A DNA stretch of 63,860 nucleotides, the filler included. It is 17 parts of 17 records of this genome, joined end to end, with 100 filler letters (N's around TTAATTAATTAA, not from the genome) between each part and the next. Parts side by side here need not be neighbours in the genome. Positions count along the whole stretch, not along the records: positions 30,916 to 35,113 come from SRR7504441_108644; positions 35,214 to 38,500 come from SRR7504441_108815; positions 38,601 to 42,426 come from SRR7504441_108835; positions 42,527 to 46,686 come from SRR7504441_109136; 13 more parts are not named here. One strand, written 5' to 3'. How positions within the stretch are numbered: the first letter of the stretch is position 1; every line of letters begins with the position of its first letter. Both the position numbers and the translations under genes were made by a program. Below the pieces are notes generated by a model. It did not search any database and was not told the DNA's origin. It saw only the letters and a program-made list of their open reading frames with translations. This document shows, one piece after another, positions 33,006 to 45,207 of this stretch.

Positions 33006-34369
33006 TCAGAGCTGGTGCGAGATCCCGCGAGTAAGGCACTCCATCTCAAGCTGCTTGATAACCGCTTCCATCTCAAGAGCGTTCCGCTCAGTCCGATTAT
33101 ACTCGGCTCGATTAGCCTCCTCCTCGGCCAGCCGCCGCATCTCCTCACATCTGCCCGCCAGGATCAGCCCCCAGCCGCGCACACTGCGCACCTATCTGCC
33201 TCGTCCTCCGCTGCGGCCCTGTTCTGTCGCACTCTCGCAAGCTCGTTGAACCGCTCCACGCGCTCGGCCTCCTCCTCATCCCTTAGCCGCTGCCGCTCCT
33301 GGGCGTCCTGGACGCAATACTCCCGGAACACCCGCTGCAGCTCGGCGTTCTCCTGGCGGACCACATCCCGAACCTTTGTCCTCACTTCCTCTTGGTCGCT
33401 CCAGAAGTCCACCTCGCCTTTCGCCTTCTTGGCCATCAAATTGGCTCGACTCAGATGGTACATCGTGGCCGTCAGCCGATCCCCAGACTCCTCGGCCGCC
33501 CGGAGCACCACAGCCTTCCTACGGGCCTCCTCTGCTGCCTGCCAGACCGGTGTCGGTACCGGCGGCCCAGCCCAGCGCACCTCACGCTCCAGCACAGGCC
33601 CAGCGGCCTTCTGAGATACGATCGGACCGTAGAACCGGTAGTTGTTCACCGCGTGATCCGTCGTGTGCCTGCCCCCCGCTCAGCCCGCCGCAGGCAGCAC
33701 AGGCGACCCTGCGGCATCCTGTGCCAGATGCAGCGCAGCCAGTCGACGGTTCGATTCGGCCGTGTGCGCCTCCCAGTGCCGGCGCCACATCTCGTGGGCC
33801 TCCTCGCGCACTCCGTGGCTCAGCTCCCGCAGGGCATTGGCCACCCCGGGCCCCTCGGTCACGGCACGCATATCGTTCTTGGCGTCCTGTCGAGGCTCGG
33901 TCGGCTTCTCAGGGTGATGGCACCTCGTGGCGCTCGTCGGCGGCCTCCATTCGAGTCCAAAAGTTTCGGTCCGACATTGCCACCTGGCCGCCCGGCTCGC
34001 CGTCGGCCGGGCGGCGGGCACTCGCCTGGGCTTCCTGGGCTCTGTGCAGCCCCACCAGCTTGCGCTCGTTGTACTCGGCCTGGAGGTCCTTCTCGCGGCA
34101 CCAGTTGTCGTACGCCTCGATCGCACTGTGCCGCTGCTCCGCCCACCACAGGCCGGGCCACATTCGTTGCTCCTGCTGCCGGGTGGGCCCAGGCCTGCCA
34201 GGCGGCCGCACCTGCTCGCGCGGGGCCGGGATAAGCGCCCCAGTGTAGTCCAGGTCGTGCCGCGGCATCGAGCTGCTCCGGGGGCTCATGCAGGCCCGGT
34301 AAGGCGACAGCTCCTGCCCGGTCGTGAGCCAGCCCGCCCGCACCGCTGTCTCACCCCTGTAGCCGCCAT
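33006..34369 (-). CDS. Coiled-coil hypothetical protein, multi-exon
   Basis: ATG 34369 (MAATG) plus a 41-nt intron leads into ELSPYRACMSP. Successive E/R/A-rich ORF pieces are separated by about 40-nt introns. Confidence 0.55.
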
Positions 34370-34781
34370 CTACAACGGCCGCCAGGTTTTCTTGTGCCCA
34401 ACTCTTGGCCGTCTTGGCGTGAGCCGATCCGGGGAAGGGCGTAGGTAATTCTGGGGGATCTGGGAGCCGGGTGACGTCTGTACAAGGTGACAGGATCGCG
34501 GACGCAACGACGTAAGCGGTGAGAACCCGGTGACGCACAGACAACTCGACAAGACGACAACTCCACAATTAAATTGTAAACAGTATTTAACAACCGCAGA
34601 CTCATGCATGCGCAGACTTGACAACATAATACAATAACTAAGGCTGGACCCACGGACCCACCCACCCAAACATGCGGGAATCGTGCTCCGAGAGCGGAGC
34701 CTTATCCCATTGAAGTGACTAGATCATTCGTCTGTACGGCGGCCCAGGATTCTAACGGCAGATACGATTTTGGAAAAAAAC

Positions 34782-35113
34782 ATGCGCGCACTCGCCGTGG
34801 ACGGCTACTCCGGCGGCGGCCCGGGATTTGAGGGGTTTCTGGCGGTGCTGCGGCCAATTTTGCGCGCAGTGGACAAGCAGGCCAAAATCGTCACCCGCCG
34901 GTACACGGAGCTCGCCGATCTTGTCTACGGCACCGACCTGCCCAGCCGGCCCGGCTCGCAGGCCGATCAGAAGGCCGGGCTGGTGGCGTTCGACCAGTTC
35001 GACTTTATCTTCATTGACGGGGACGAGGGCCTGCTCCCATGGTTGCCTGAGGCCCAGGAGCTGTTCGCTCTGGTCCGACTGGCCTTCCAGACCGGCAAAT
35101 GTTTGTTTACTAC
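34782..35113 (+). CDS. Class I glutamine-amidotransferase-like domain protein (3' partial)
   Basis: MRALAVDGY...FDFIFIDGD..LLPW...L.RLAFQTGKCLF fits the GATase-like beta/alpha pattern. Truncated before the nucleophile elbow. Confidence 0.45.
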
Positions 35114-35213
35114 NNNNNNNNNNNNNNNNNNNNNNNNNNNNNNNNNNNNNNNNNNNNTTAATTAATTAANNNNNNNNNNNNNNNNNNNNNNNNNNNNNNN
35201 NNNNNNNNNNNNN

Positions 35214-35540
35214 AGTGCCGGTCAACCAGCTTCGGCCTGACCTTCTGGTACTCAGGTAGCCTACGCCAAGGGCAAGCCGATGGTGCTGTACACACCCACC
35301 GCAGATATCGCCCTCAGGGACAGGATGGAGCGGGAATTTGCTGAGCACTCGCAGTACCTACAGCAAGAAAAGTATCCGCGCACCGAGGACTTTCCCGGAT
35401 GCAAGGAGCCCGGCCCGATCAATCTAATGCTCACAGAGGCCGCCAAGGCTAGTCCGGGCGGGGGCAGAATCCACCAGAGCTTCGAGCAGGCCCTTGCGTT
35501 TATTGCGGAATCCTCGCAACGAGCCAAATTCAGTGTTTAG
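35214..35540 (+). CDS. Nucleoside 2-deoxyribosyltransferase-like protein, last exon (5' partial)
   Basis: AYAKGKPMVLY...EDF...PINLML...SFEQAL matches the C-terminal half of the NDT family. Confidence 0.55.
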
Positions 35541-35803
35541 CCGACCGTGCAACGAGCTCGAGATTGACGCATGTACGAGTAGAGTACATTAGCTACGTCG
35601 AGTATAGTCTTGCCATGCATAGCCTAACTAGGAGCTTGATAGCCCGAGTATTGTAGTTTAGTTAGGGAAGCCGGGTCCTAAATTAAGTACATGTACATGG
35701 TTGTATAGGATGCATTGTACCAATTGAATTTATGCACATTACATGTACGCAATTGTAACACAATTGATGGCGTCCGTGAAACTTATTGTGTGTTGTCTAA
35801 ACA

Positions 35804-38361
35804 TCAGTGTTGCACCCGTTTCGATTTATTCTTACCTTGCCTCGACTTTTGACCGCGTCGGGAGGATTTCGGGCCGTCGTCAGCATGTTTAGCAGCGCTT
35901 GCATGATCTATACTCTGAGGTGGGGGCCAAGTAGCGGCCAGCCCGACCCCTTGGTGTATACAGTGGGATACGATCTTTGCAATGTTGCGGCAATCGTCAA
36001 TCCCACTGCAAACCACTGGTCATTTCCTGGGCGCAGCAGCCAGAAAGCACCTGTGGTGATGTCCCGTGTGCTCTATCTGGAGATTCGCGAGCATTTGCAT
36101 CATGCCAGCCGCTTTCCCACGGCCCAGCTTACCAAATTCCTAGCAAGCGACACAGATCAGCCAAGCGAGCTTAAAGCGAGCTACGGGCCCACACACATGC
36201 TTGATGTTGATCCACTGTTTCGCAAACGCAGGGAGCGGCACCGCGTCCTTGCTGCACTGGATGGGCAGCATCGACTTGAGATCCCAGTCGCCACACGTAA
36301 CGACCACCCCCCGCGCTGCACCGCCGCAGAACAGACCATGCCCGACTAACCAGCTCTGATAGCGCCGAATCGCCTCAGCAAACGAGACGCCGCCGTCCAC
36401 ATCCGCCTGTTGGATCCCAGTGAGCTCAGTACAAAAGGCCGAGAGCTGCGGCTTCCGCTCAGGTCTGACGTACTGTTGAAACTCGTCGACGTGCTCGCCG
36501 GTGTTCGCATCTACTAGCACTGACGGCAATTCAATCACCTGCTGCCAGTCCCGACCGACTAGTCGCGCCTCACACCTCCTGTTGGCGTGTCTGTTGCCCA
36601 CCCCGCTCGCAGGTCGCCTCCAGGTCCAAAACAACGAAATAATCAAACCCACTCGCCGCCTGCTCCGGCTGGGCGCTCTCTGCTGGAGCAGCGGCCGAGA
36701 TGGTCTGATTGGCTGGCGGCGCACAGTCGGCTGGTGAGCCGGTCTCCAGCATCATCTGCTCGATCCCAAAGAACTTGACTGTGTTGCTGGTCGTCGCCGC
36801 GGCCACCTGGAGCCGTTAAATCCGGCCGATCCCAGACAGGCGCCACCTCGCTGATCGGAATCTGAAGGCATTCGGCCACAGTCTCGGCTACTCTTGCCAC
36901 ATGCATCGGCTCACACCGCATCCGCTTGTTGCCTCTACCTGCGCCGGGCCTCAGTGGCCGCAGAGCCCGTGCAGCCACCCTCGACCGGTTCATCTGGGAA
37001 CATGAACGGACAGTCAGTCTCGATCATTAGACGAGAGAGCAGTTTGGGCTGCCGGTTGAGCATTTGCCTGAGTCCGGAGCCTCGGCGTGACATGCAGACC
37101 GTGCCTGCAAGCGACAAATAGAGCCCCATCTCGAGGTAGGTCTGCATCTCGTTTTCACTCCCAGTGAAACAGTGGACGACAGTAGGAGGCAGCCAGGCAA
37201 ACTTTGCGAGCACTCGGACTAAGTCGGCATGCGCCTCTCTCTCGTGTACGAACAACGGCATCTTAAGCTCCACCGCCAGCGAGACCTGGGCCTCGAAGCA
37301 CCGGAGCTGGTCGGACTTTGTCGAAAGCATCCGGTTATAGTCAAGCCCGCATTCCCCAACCGCCACACACCGCTTGCTCGAGCTGATCAGCTCCCGGAGG
37401 CTGCCCACGCTCCGCCCAGGCTCAAATTCCTTAGCATGATGCGGATGAATCCCCGCTGTGTAAAACAGCTTCGACGAACTGGCCTGCCCCTGGCGCGCCA
37501 CGAGATCGGCCGCGCTCCGACTCTCGTTGAGTGATGTGCCAGTCACTATGCACGCATCCACGCCATACCCCGCAGCCCTCGCCAGCACCTTGGGTAGATC
37601 CGGTCTAAACTGGCCTGCCGCACACTCAGCCCGCCGGACCAGCCGGGCACGGTTTGTCAGGTTGGCGCCCACGTCGATCAGCGCCGGTTGGAAGCGCTGA
37701 CTCCATATCTCATTGCCGTTGCTCCGATCGACTACCCGCTCAAACAGGCGAGTGGGGATCACCCCGCCCTCCAGCCCGGCGGTGAGCACCACATTGTTGT
37801 CCGACCGGAGGAACAGCACCCCGGCTGCCATCGCCGCGGGGACGTCTATGTAGATGGCAACCGCCGCGCTCTGCCGCATGCCTGAGATCACCTCACCGTC
37901 GCCGGGAAGCGCCACAGCCAGATGAATATGCACCCTTGCCATCCGAGAGAGCCCCGTCCGCCGAATTGCAGCCCAACCGGCCCAGTCGGTCCCGTGCACC
38001 GCCACGGGCAGCTCAGCCGGCTCGCGGATCGGTGTATGCATCGCTGAGTCCTGAAGCACCGCCGGGATCGAATGGCCCTGGTTGGCCCTGCCCACCGAGC
38101 GAGTCAGCGCGGCCCAGACGGCGCGCCCGGGAACCGGATATACTGCACTCCGTCGATCTGCTCCAGCCGGTACCGTTGCTTGTCGTCGTCCCGGACAATG
38201 CTGGCGACCTGTTCGGAGGAAACGTCCCCGCCGAGCACTCTGAGCAGGTCGGCCAGTGGACAAAAACCGTCCGGCCGGAGCTGCAGCCCGTGCTTGACAG
38301 CACCGTGCCGGAGCATGTATGACATCCGCTTGCTCACCGCGGTGGCCCCCGACTTACCCAT
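35804..38361 (-). CDS. Tpt1/KptA RNA 2'-phosphotransferase - TatD nuclease - ERI-type DEDDh 3'-5' exonuclease fusion, 8 exons
   Basis: Tpt1: SYMLRHG, DKQRY, IRANQGHS, VHGT, RVHIHL. TatD: LIDVGANL, GIHPH, GECGLD, HER, HCFTG, ETDCP. DEDDh: LDLEATC, GDWDL, HHSGIDD. Seven GT-AG introns (47, 36, 40, 40, 37, 57, 45 nt) give one frame. Confidence 0.88.
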
Positions 38362-38600
38362 GGTGGGCTCGCTTTGAGGGTACACCCGGCGTACCAGCCG
38401 TCAACGGCAATCTCAGGAAAACGCTTCAGCCTCGGCGACCACCTGAGTGGCTAACAAGGGGTGCTAAGACGCTAAGAGTGGCTGGAGCAAGATTCGCAAA
38501 NNNNNNNNNNNNNNNNNNNNNNNNNNNNNNNNNNNNNNNNNNNNTTAATTAATTAANNNNNNNNNNNNNNNNNNNNNNNNNNNNNNNNNNNNNNNNNNNN

Positions 38601-39300
38601 CGCATCACCAGGCCCTTTGTCGCCGTTCCAACGCGTTCCAGCACAGCAGCGAGGCTTGCTCACTGGCTGGACTTCTGGTCCCAAGGTTGCATCGTATGTG
38701 GCCCGAGCGGCGGGATTAGACAGAATCTCGTAAGCATGAGATGTCCTACTAAACATGCTGATTGCCCGTGCCTGCGCGTCTTTGCCTTGACCTGAGTGCT
38801 TATCAGGATACCTCCTTGTGCTGCAGCCTCACATTGTGATGCTGGACCAGGCCTGCAACCTCCTGCAGTAGCTTGAGCGCTTGATCCAGGCGATCAGCTT
38901 CCAGTTCCGCGAGCCCGCGAAGTATAGCCTTCCGCAACCTTGCGGGTGCAGCTCGTACTGCTCTAGCCACTTCATCTCTCCCTTCATCCATCGCTACATC
39001 CTCTGGGCTGCAGCCCTCATCGTCCACTGCTTCCGGGTCAGCTCCTGCCAACCGCCGCAATTAGTCTACTGCTCATGCCATGGCCAAGACCGTTTGCGAG
39101 CAGCAGCTCTGCAATTTGCGGAGAGGCGAGTTCGCATGCCAGATGCCTTGAGCCGGCACTGGGCCAGTTCTGCCTGCTCTCGGAACTTGTCTCGCTCGGC
39201 AGCCACCGCCAACACATCCACCCGAGAGCCCATGGCTGGGTTGGCAGGCTCCGGCCATACCGCCGGGCGGGCTCGGGAGGACTCCGGGGTGTGCAGCTGC
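38601..39300 (-). pseudogene. Degenerate ankyrin + partial DnaJ-domain gene
   Basis: Pieces QIAELLLANG/GADPEAVDDEGCSPEDVA (ankyrin-like) and YPDKH...FSRTSHAYEILSNPAARATYD (second half of a J domain) lie in different frames. I could not splice them cleanly. Confidence 0.4.
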
Positions 39301-39964
39301 TCGCGGGCCGAGAGCAACGACTCGGCGATCGAGCCGCGCCGGATGGTGCTGTCCCGCGAGTCGCCCCGCCCGGCCTCGGGCTCCGGCCAAGGCATCGCCT
39401 ATCCGTGGGCACTGCGACCCCAGACAGGCATCGCAACCTGTTTTCTTTCTAATCGTGGTTGCCTCGTTTGAGCCGGTCCTCACGATCTGATGAGCCCCCA
39501 GACGGCCAACTGACCGTGTACCAAAGTGGCCACTTGCTGTCCCGAGCTGATGATGTACTGCGTGGTCAAGTATTTGGCCAGCTTGTCGTTCGTGAGGTGG
39601 ATCTCGTTTAGATCTCGTTGAGGTTCTCCGGATCGTCGCAATCGCAAGCGTCGCAAGGCGCCCACCGATCAATTCGCAAAAACTAAATGTTTTCACCGGA
39701 ACAAAGCGTTGAAAAACTTGCTTCCTAGGGCCGTTTGGGCAAGTATCTATTTATGTGCCGCGACCAGAGGAATTTAAAATCCGAATATCGGAGGAGTTCT
39801 CGCAACCAAATCCTGAGGAGACACCATTCAAATAACGGCAAACTCGCGAGGTGCCCCAAGAGCTGTCAGCTGGGCTGTGGAGGAAGGCCGCGAAGCTGGG
39901 CCGCCACAGCCGAGCACGGCCATCGTGCTGGTGACGGCTGCCGCTGACGGGACCGAGGAACTGA

Positions 39965-42426
39965 ATGTCATCGCAGCCGTTAAGGCAAACGAGGGATGTG
40001 CAGCCACACAAGGCGACGGTGTCCACTGGGTGCTCCCCCCACCTGCTCTCCATCGCAGGGGCCGGGGGCTCCGCCCGGACAATAAGGCACCGCCTGCTTG
40101 TGCTGCTGGCAGTGCTTAATGCCTGCCCCGCGCGGGGCAACGGTGGCTGCCCGTGCAGTGGATCGCCAGACTGCGCGCCGCTGGCCGAACTGTACATTGC
40201 CACCGGTGAGCCCCTGGGCGCCGCAGACGACTTGACGCTGGCCGGCAGGCGGGCCGCGGTGGGGTGCTAAAATGAACGAGTTCTGGTGTGACGGGAGCAG
40301 CCCCTGTAGCGGGCAAAAGTGGTATGGTGTGGCTGAATGCGACGGCAACAGGGTGCAGAGCTTGGATTTGAGCCGAGCATCGTTATCGGGAAGCTTGCCT
40401 GACAGTATCGGACGCATGGCCGAGCTGCAGACATTGTATCTGTACCAGACCTCGTTGTCCGGCAGCCTGCCTGACACGATCAGCAGCATGGCCTCGCTGA
40501 AGCATTTTGATGCGCACCAGACCTCACTCTCAGGAAGCTTGCCTCAAACCGTTAGCAGCATGACCGGGCTGGCGTTGCTTTACGTGCACCTGAACTCGCT
40601 CTCCGGTACTATGCCTCCCGCGATCGGCAGCTTGAGTAGGCTGGAGCTGTTCTCCATGTCTCGCACCTTGTTGTCCGGGAGCGTGCCTCCCACCACTGGA
40701 AGCCTGGGCAAGCTGCAGGGGTTATGGTTATATGAGACCTCGTTATCTGGTAGTTTGCCAAGCTCAATTGGAAGCATGTCTGGACTAAACAAGTTGTATC
40801 TGCAGCAGACAGCATTATCTGGAAGCCTGCCTCGCACAATTGGCAGCATGTCTGGACTGGAGTCTTTGTACTATTTTGATAACTCGTTGTCTGGCAGCTT
40901 GCCTGAAAGCATCGGCTGCTTGACTGGGCTGACAAGTATGGATTTGTCCAGGACCTCGCTATCTAGCAGCTTGCCCCGACTCATCGGCAACATGACTGGG
41001 CTAACCACGCTTCTCTTGTCCTCGACAGCCTTGTCCGGCAGCCTTCCTGATTCCGTCGGTCGCCTGACCAATATAGAGTTCCTCGACCTGGCCAAGAATG
41101 GATTCACGGGAGCCATACCGAGCTCCCTGGGGAGCCTAGCCAGGCTCAAGTTCATGGCTCTGCATAGCAACCTGCTTAGCGGCTCCAGCTCGCCCTCTTT
41201 TGCGGGCTGGTCAAAGCAGCTCGAGTTTCTCTCGCTATATGATAACCGCGGCTTGGACTTCGATCTGAGTTTGCTCCGTCTCTATGCTGAGCTCAAGGTC
41301 GCCCTTTTCCAGGTCCCTTTAGCCCTGTCCTTATGCTGCTGGCATGACCATTCCTTCTGTCCAGGGCTGCAGCATTCAAGGCATGTTGCCTCTCTTTGAT
41401 GTCCCTAAGCAACTGCCCCGCCTGCACACCCTGCTGCTTTCGGGAAATCAGCTTTCTGGTACAATTCCGGACTTATTTGTGCGGGGCATGCCTGCCCTCG
41501 AGACCCTGGAGCTCTCCGACAATGCGCGGCTCAGTGGCACCTTGCCTGCATCACTCCGGTCGGCGCTTGTTCTGAAGACGCTGCTAGCCAACGGCCTACG
41601 CTTGTCTGGTTCAATTCCCGAGAGTTGGGGGCATGGGGCTCATAGAAGCGTCTGTACGGACCTCGTGAAACCCGATGGCGAACCTTGGCGGGATTCCCAA
41701 TCTTGGGTAGGAATTGCAGATGTTCTCAGTGCAGATGCAACATTCATGGCTATTGAATTACCGGTGGACGCTGAGCTCTGTAGAAACGCCACTTCTGGTG
41801 CGTGGTTAGGCTGTGGCTGTGGGTGGTATAGTGCTAGCCCTGACCAGCCATGGTATTCAGCTAAGTCCGTCACTGGGCAATATGTGCAGACTCGGATGCC
41901 AAAGGGTTACTCACGATGCAACGCCTCCAGCCTGGACACAAGCAGATTGCAAAATCAGACTTATGACAATGAATACCTCACTTATTACAATGCTGCTGTG
42001 AACGACACCAGCGACGGGTACACCGCCCGTTTGGCCTGCTGCACGTGTGGTGGAGGGAACAGCACGTGGAGCCTTGAGACGCTCTCGCTGGCGCGTAACT
42101 ACCTAAGAGGCCGGACCAACCCGCTTGATGCTGCTGTGAACCTGAAGACGCTGCTGTTGAGCTCCAACTATTTAAGCGGCGATGTGGTGCAGCTGGACGA
42201 TGCCCGGGGGTTGGGCATAGGCAGGTTTGACGAGCCAGCTGTCGAAGCCATGATCAACACAGGCAACTTGTCAAAGACATTCATAGGCTTCGACCCTTTC
42301 CAGGGCCTTGCACGACAGAGCTACCCCAACACTGCTTTGGCCTTCAGCGGGAACAGTGAGCTCACCACCTCGGCAGCCAGCCTGCCTCCAAGCCCGGCTG
42401 GCAACCTGCTGCAGAGCGACCGGATC
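39965..42426 (+). CDS. Extracellular LRR receptor-like protein with Cys-rich island (3' partial; start uncertain)
   Basis: LRRNT cap (LAELYIATGG..W...PC...WYGV.C) and many 24-aa LxxLxLxxTxLSGSLP repeats. Introns at about 40206-40248 and 41313-41364. Confidence 0.88.
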
Positions 42427-42615
42427 NNNNNNNNNNNNNNNNNNNNNNNNNNNNNNNNNNNNNNNNNNNNTTAATTAATTAANNNNNNNNNNNNNNNNNN
42501 NNNNNNNNNNNNNNNNNNNNNNNNNNCAGGCACAGCAGCACTGCTGCGGCCAAAAGCAGAGTTGATCGCTTACAAATCCGTTGCAATCTCACCGCCTGGA
42601 CCGCCGTCTAGCGCC

Positions 42616-43352
42616 ATGTCAGAGACAGAGACGCCAATCATGGGCGCAACCACCGTCAGCGCCGTCAATGCGGTGCAGAGCGTGGCCGCCCAGTCCGCTT
42701 TCACGCCCCCACCGCCGGCGAACAGGGAATTCGACGTGAGCAATAATTGCGAGCATACCATCTGCGGCTGCTGCACCACAGTCGTCCTCACCCTCACCCC
42801 GGAGGAGGTGCTCGTCCCAGCTCCCGTCTGCTGACCGCACGGCCATGCAGGCTGTGGTCAACGTGGACAACTGTTTCGGCCACTCGACTCAGCACCGGCC
42901 GTACGGCGAGCTTGGCTCAGTGGATATTGTAAACACATGCGGGTGCTGCGCGGCGGTCTCCAGCGACCTCATGATGTTCAACCCCGGCTGCGGCTGCGAC
43001 AAGGCCCGGGCCGAGCAGGGGAACGGCTGAGTCCGGCGCAGGCGTTGGTCTCTGAGATCTTCAACGAGCTACGGGCCCGGATGCGAACGCGCGGCGACCA
43101 GGGCCAAATCCAAAGCACGCCCGATCGAGTTAGGGTTGAGCTGATCGGGCGGTGGCAGGGACGGAGCAGACGATGGTGATGATCGCCAACTTGCAGTCGG
43201 CCCAGGCGCACATGAACGCGATGCTTGAGATTGTGATGGACCACATGGGGCTCGCGCCGCCGCCACCGGCCGTGATGCAGCCGTTACCAACAGGCCCGGC
43301 TCCGGGGCCGCTCTCGGCTCCTGGGCAAAAGGGTGCAGTGTTAGAATCATAG
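42616..43352 (+). CDS. Small Cys-motif hypothetical protein, 4 exons
   Basis: Introns about 42808-42850, 43004-43041 (GC-AG) and 43115-43158 (GC-AG) yield ...RPYGELGSVD..CGCC...NPGCGCDKALVSEIFNELRARMRTRGD... Confidence 0.65.
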
Positions 43353-43674
43353 ATGCATGCCCATCGAAGTACCATTGAAGCGCCTGCCCAAGCCTTTCGC
43401 TCTCTTGTTCTCTCCTGATTTGTGATTACCGACGTGCGTGACCGGTGTCAAACTTGTATAGTTATTCTAGAACTCGAGGTCTACATGATAAAATATAAAT
43501 ATAATTGAGTCATTTCGACATTTACTCGTAGTAAGTTCAACGCTAGCTCCGTTTCGGCCCATGGTTATACCCTTACCTCATCGACGGAAGGCTAGTTCAA
43601 GCGAGAACTCAGGCTTGTTGCCGTCCCCCATCTCTTCACCAGAAGCGTGCTGTATACATCTCTAGCCGCACAGC

Positions 43675-44482
43675 TCAAAGATCTTTTACGATCGGGAGCA
43701 TGTCATCGGCCGAGACAGAACGCTTCCGATGAAGAGATCTGGGCGAGTCAGAGCTTGGACTGGACTTTCGACGCTGAAATGAGGGCGAAATGTCACCGCT
43801 CGAACTCGTGGCCTTCATGATATCTGAGGGCAAAATGTCAGGTCCGAACGGCCCCTTCTCGCCCTTGACATGCTCGATCGACAACGTCTCATCTGCACGT
43901 ACCGAGCGTGTGAAGCCCAGCCACCAGCAGGCGGCCACCGGTAATATCGTAGCACCGCATATAGAACTGCCTCTCGCGTGGGTCGCGCTGGTATGCCAGA
44001 CTACCCTGCAGCAGTGGTCAGGCCGAACCCGCTGCCCGATCGACCTTGATGAACTTGGTCTTAGCCATCATCCGTGACCACTCCTCCTGCCATACCCAGT
44101 ATATCCAAAGCTGCTCTCCATCCGCTGTAATGCACGCCCTCTGGCAGCCGTCCACCTCCTGCACCCTCCTGTATCAGCCGCTGCGGACAACTCAGCCGGC
44201 TGCCTCAATATGGAACGCCAGGTTGCCGCAGATGCCCTCCTCGAAGAACTTGACCAACGGCTGATACGCTTTCTGTCAGGCTACCACTTAGCAACGCAGT
44301 GAATAGATGCGCACCGATGCGCTCTTCCCAGCTAGGTTCTTGTGCTCTCCCTGCTCGTGCGCTGTGAGATACATCTCACCCAGCGCGCTGCCGTCGCTAT
44401 CAGGGTCTGGTTTGACCCACCTGCCTATTGAATCAGAGGCGGGCCAGCGGCCGGAGCCGCTACCAGAATCGAATTGCCTCAT
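43675..44482 (-). CDS. Hypothetical protein, multi-exon (may extend upstream to about 44930)
   Basis: Four introns of 39-46 nt, including GC-AG 44159-44203, link ORF pieces into one frame ending at 43675. Confidence 0.5.
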
Positions 44483-45207
44483 TGCACTGAAAGTACATGA
44501 CAGCTTGCATTGGGGTGGAGCCCACCAGCGACCTGGACGGGCAGGCACCCGCGACCACGAACAGCGGCGTGGCCGGGGCCTGGTCCTCGGTCTGGGCGCC
44601 CAGCGTGTGTGCGGTGTTGCCGCAGATAGCGTCAAAGGCGGGCACTAGCCACCCATACTCGCACGGCCGGTTGGGGTTCGTTGGTTTCCTCTTTGGGGAT
44701 GTGGGCGCCCGTCGGGGCTCATGCGCATCGGGCCACTGAGAGCACGCTTGCGGCCGCTGCCTCCGTGCCAACTCGAGCCCAACTACCAGAGCACTGTACC
44801 CGAGAGCAACTACCAGAGCTAACCCGACAGCTACCCACTGTCTATTGACTGCCCCCAGGGATGAATGGCTCACTGGGCCGCGGGCGGCACCATCGCCCAA
44901 CAGAAGCGCCGCGCAGCAGGCCACGAGCAAGGCGGCGGGCGCCCACCAGAAGCTTTCGAGCTGAACCAGCCAGCTGAGTGGGCCCGTGGGCCGGGCACCT
45001 TGTCAAGCAGTGAGCCGGCCGCTGAAGTCGCAGGTGCGCGGTGCGCGGTGCCGGTGGCGCTCGAGCCCATCAGGCCACGATCTCAGCGGAGGGGCAGCGC
45101 CGCGCTGAGCCTGAGAGAGAGTGCGCTTTTGAGGAAGCGCCCACCTTGACCAGCGCAGTCCAAGCGCAGATTTTTGGCAAACGGCCGGAAACGGCAGGAA
45201 TAATAAA

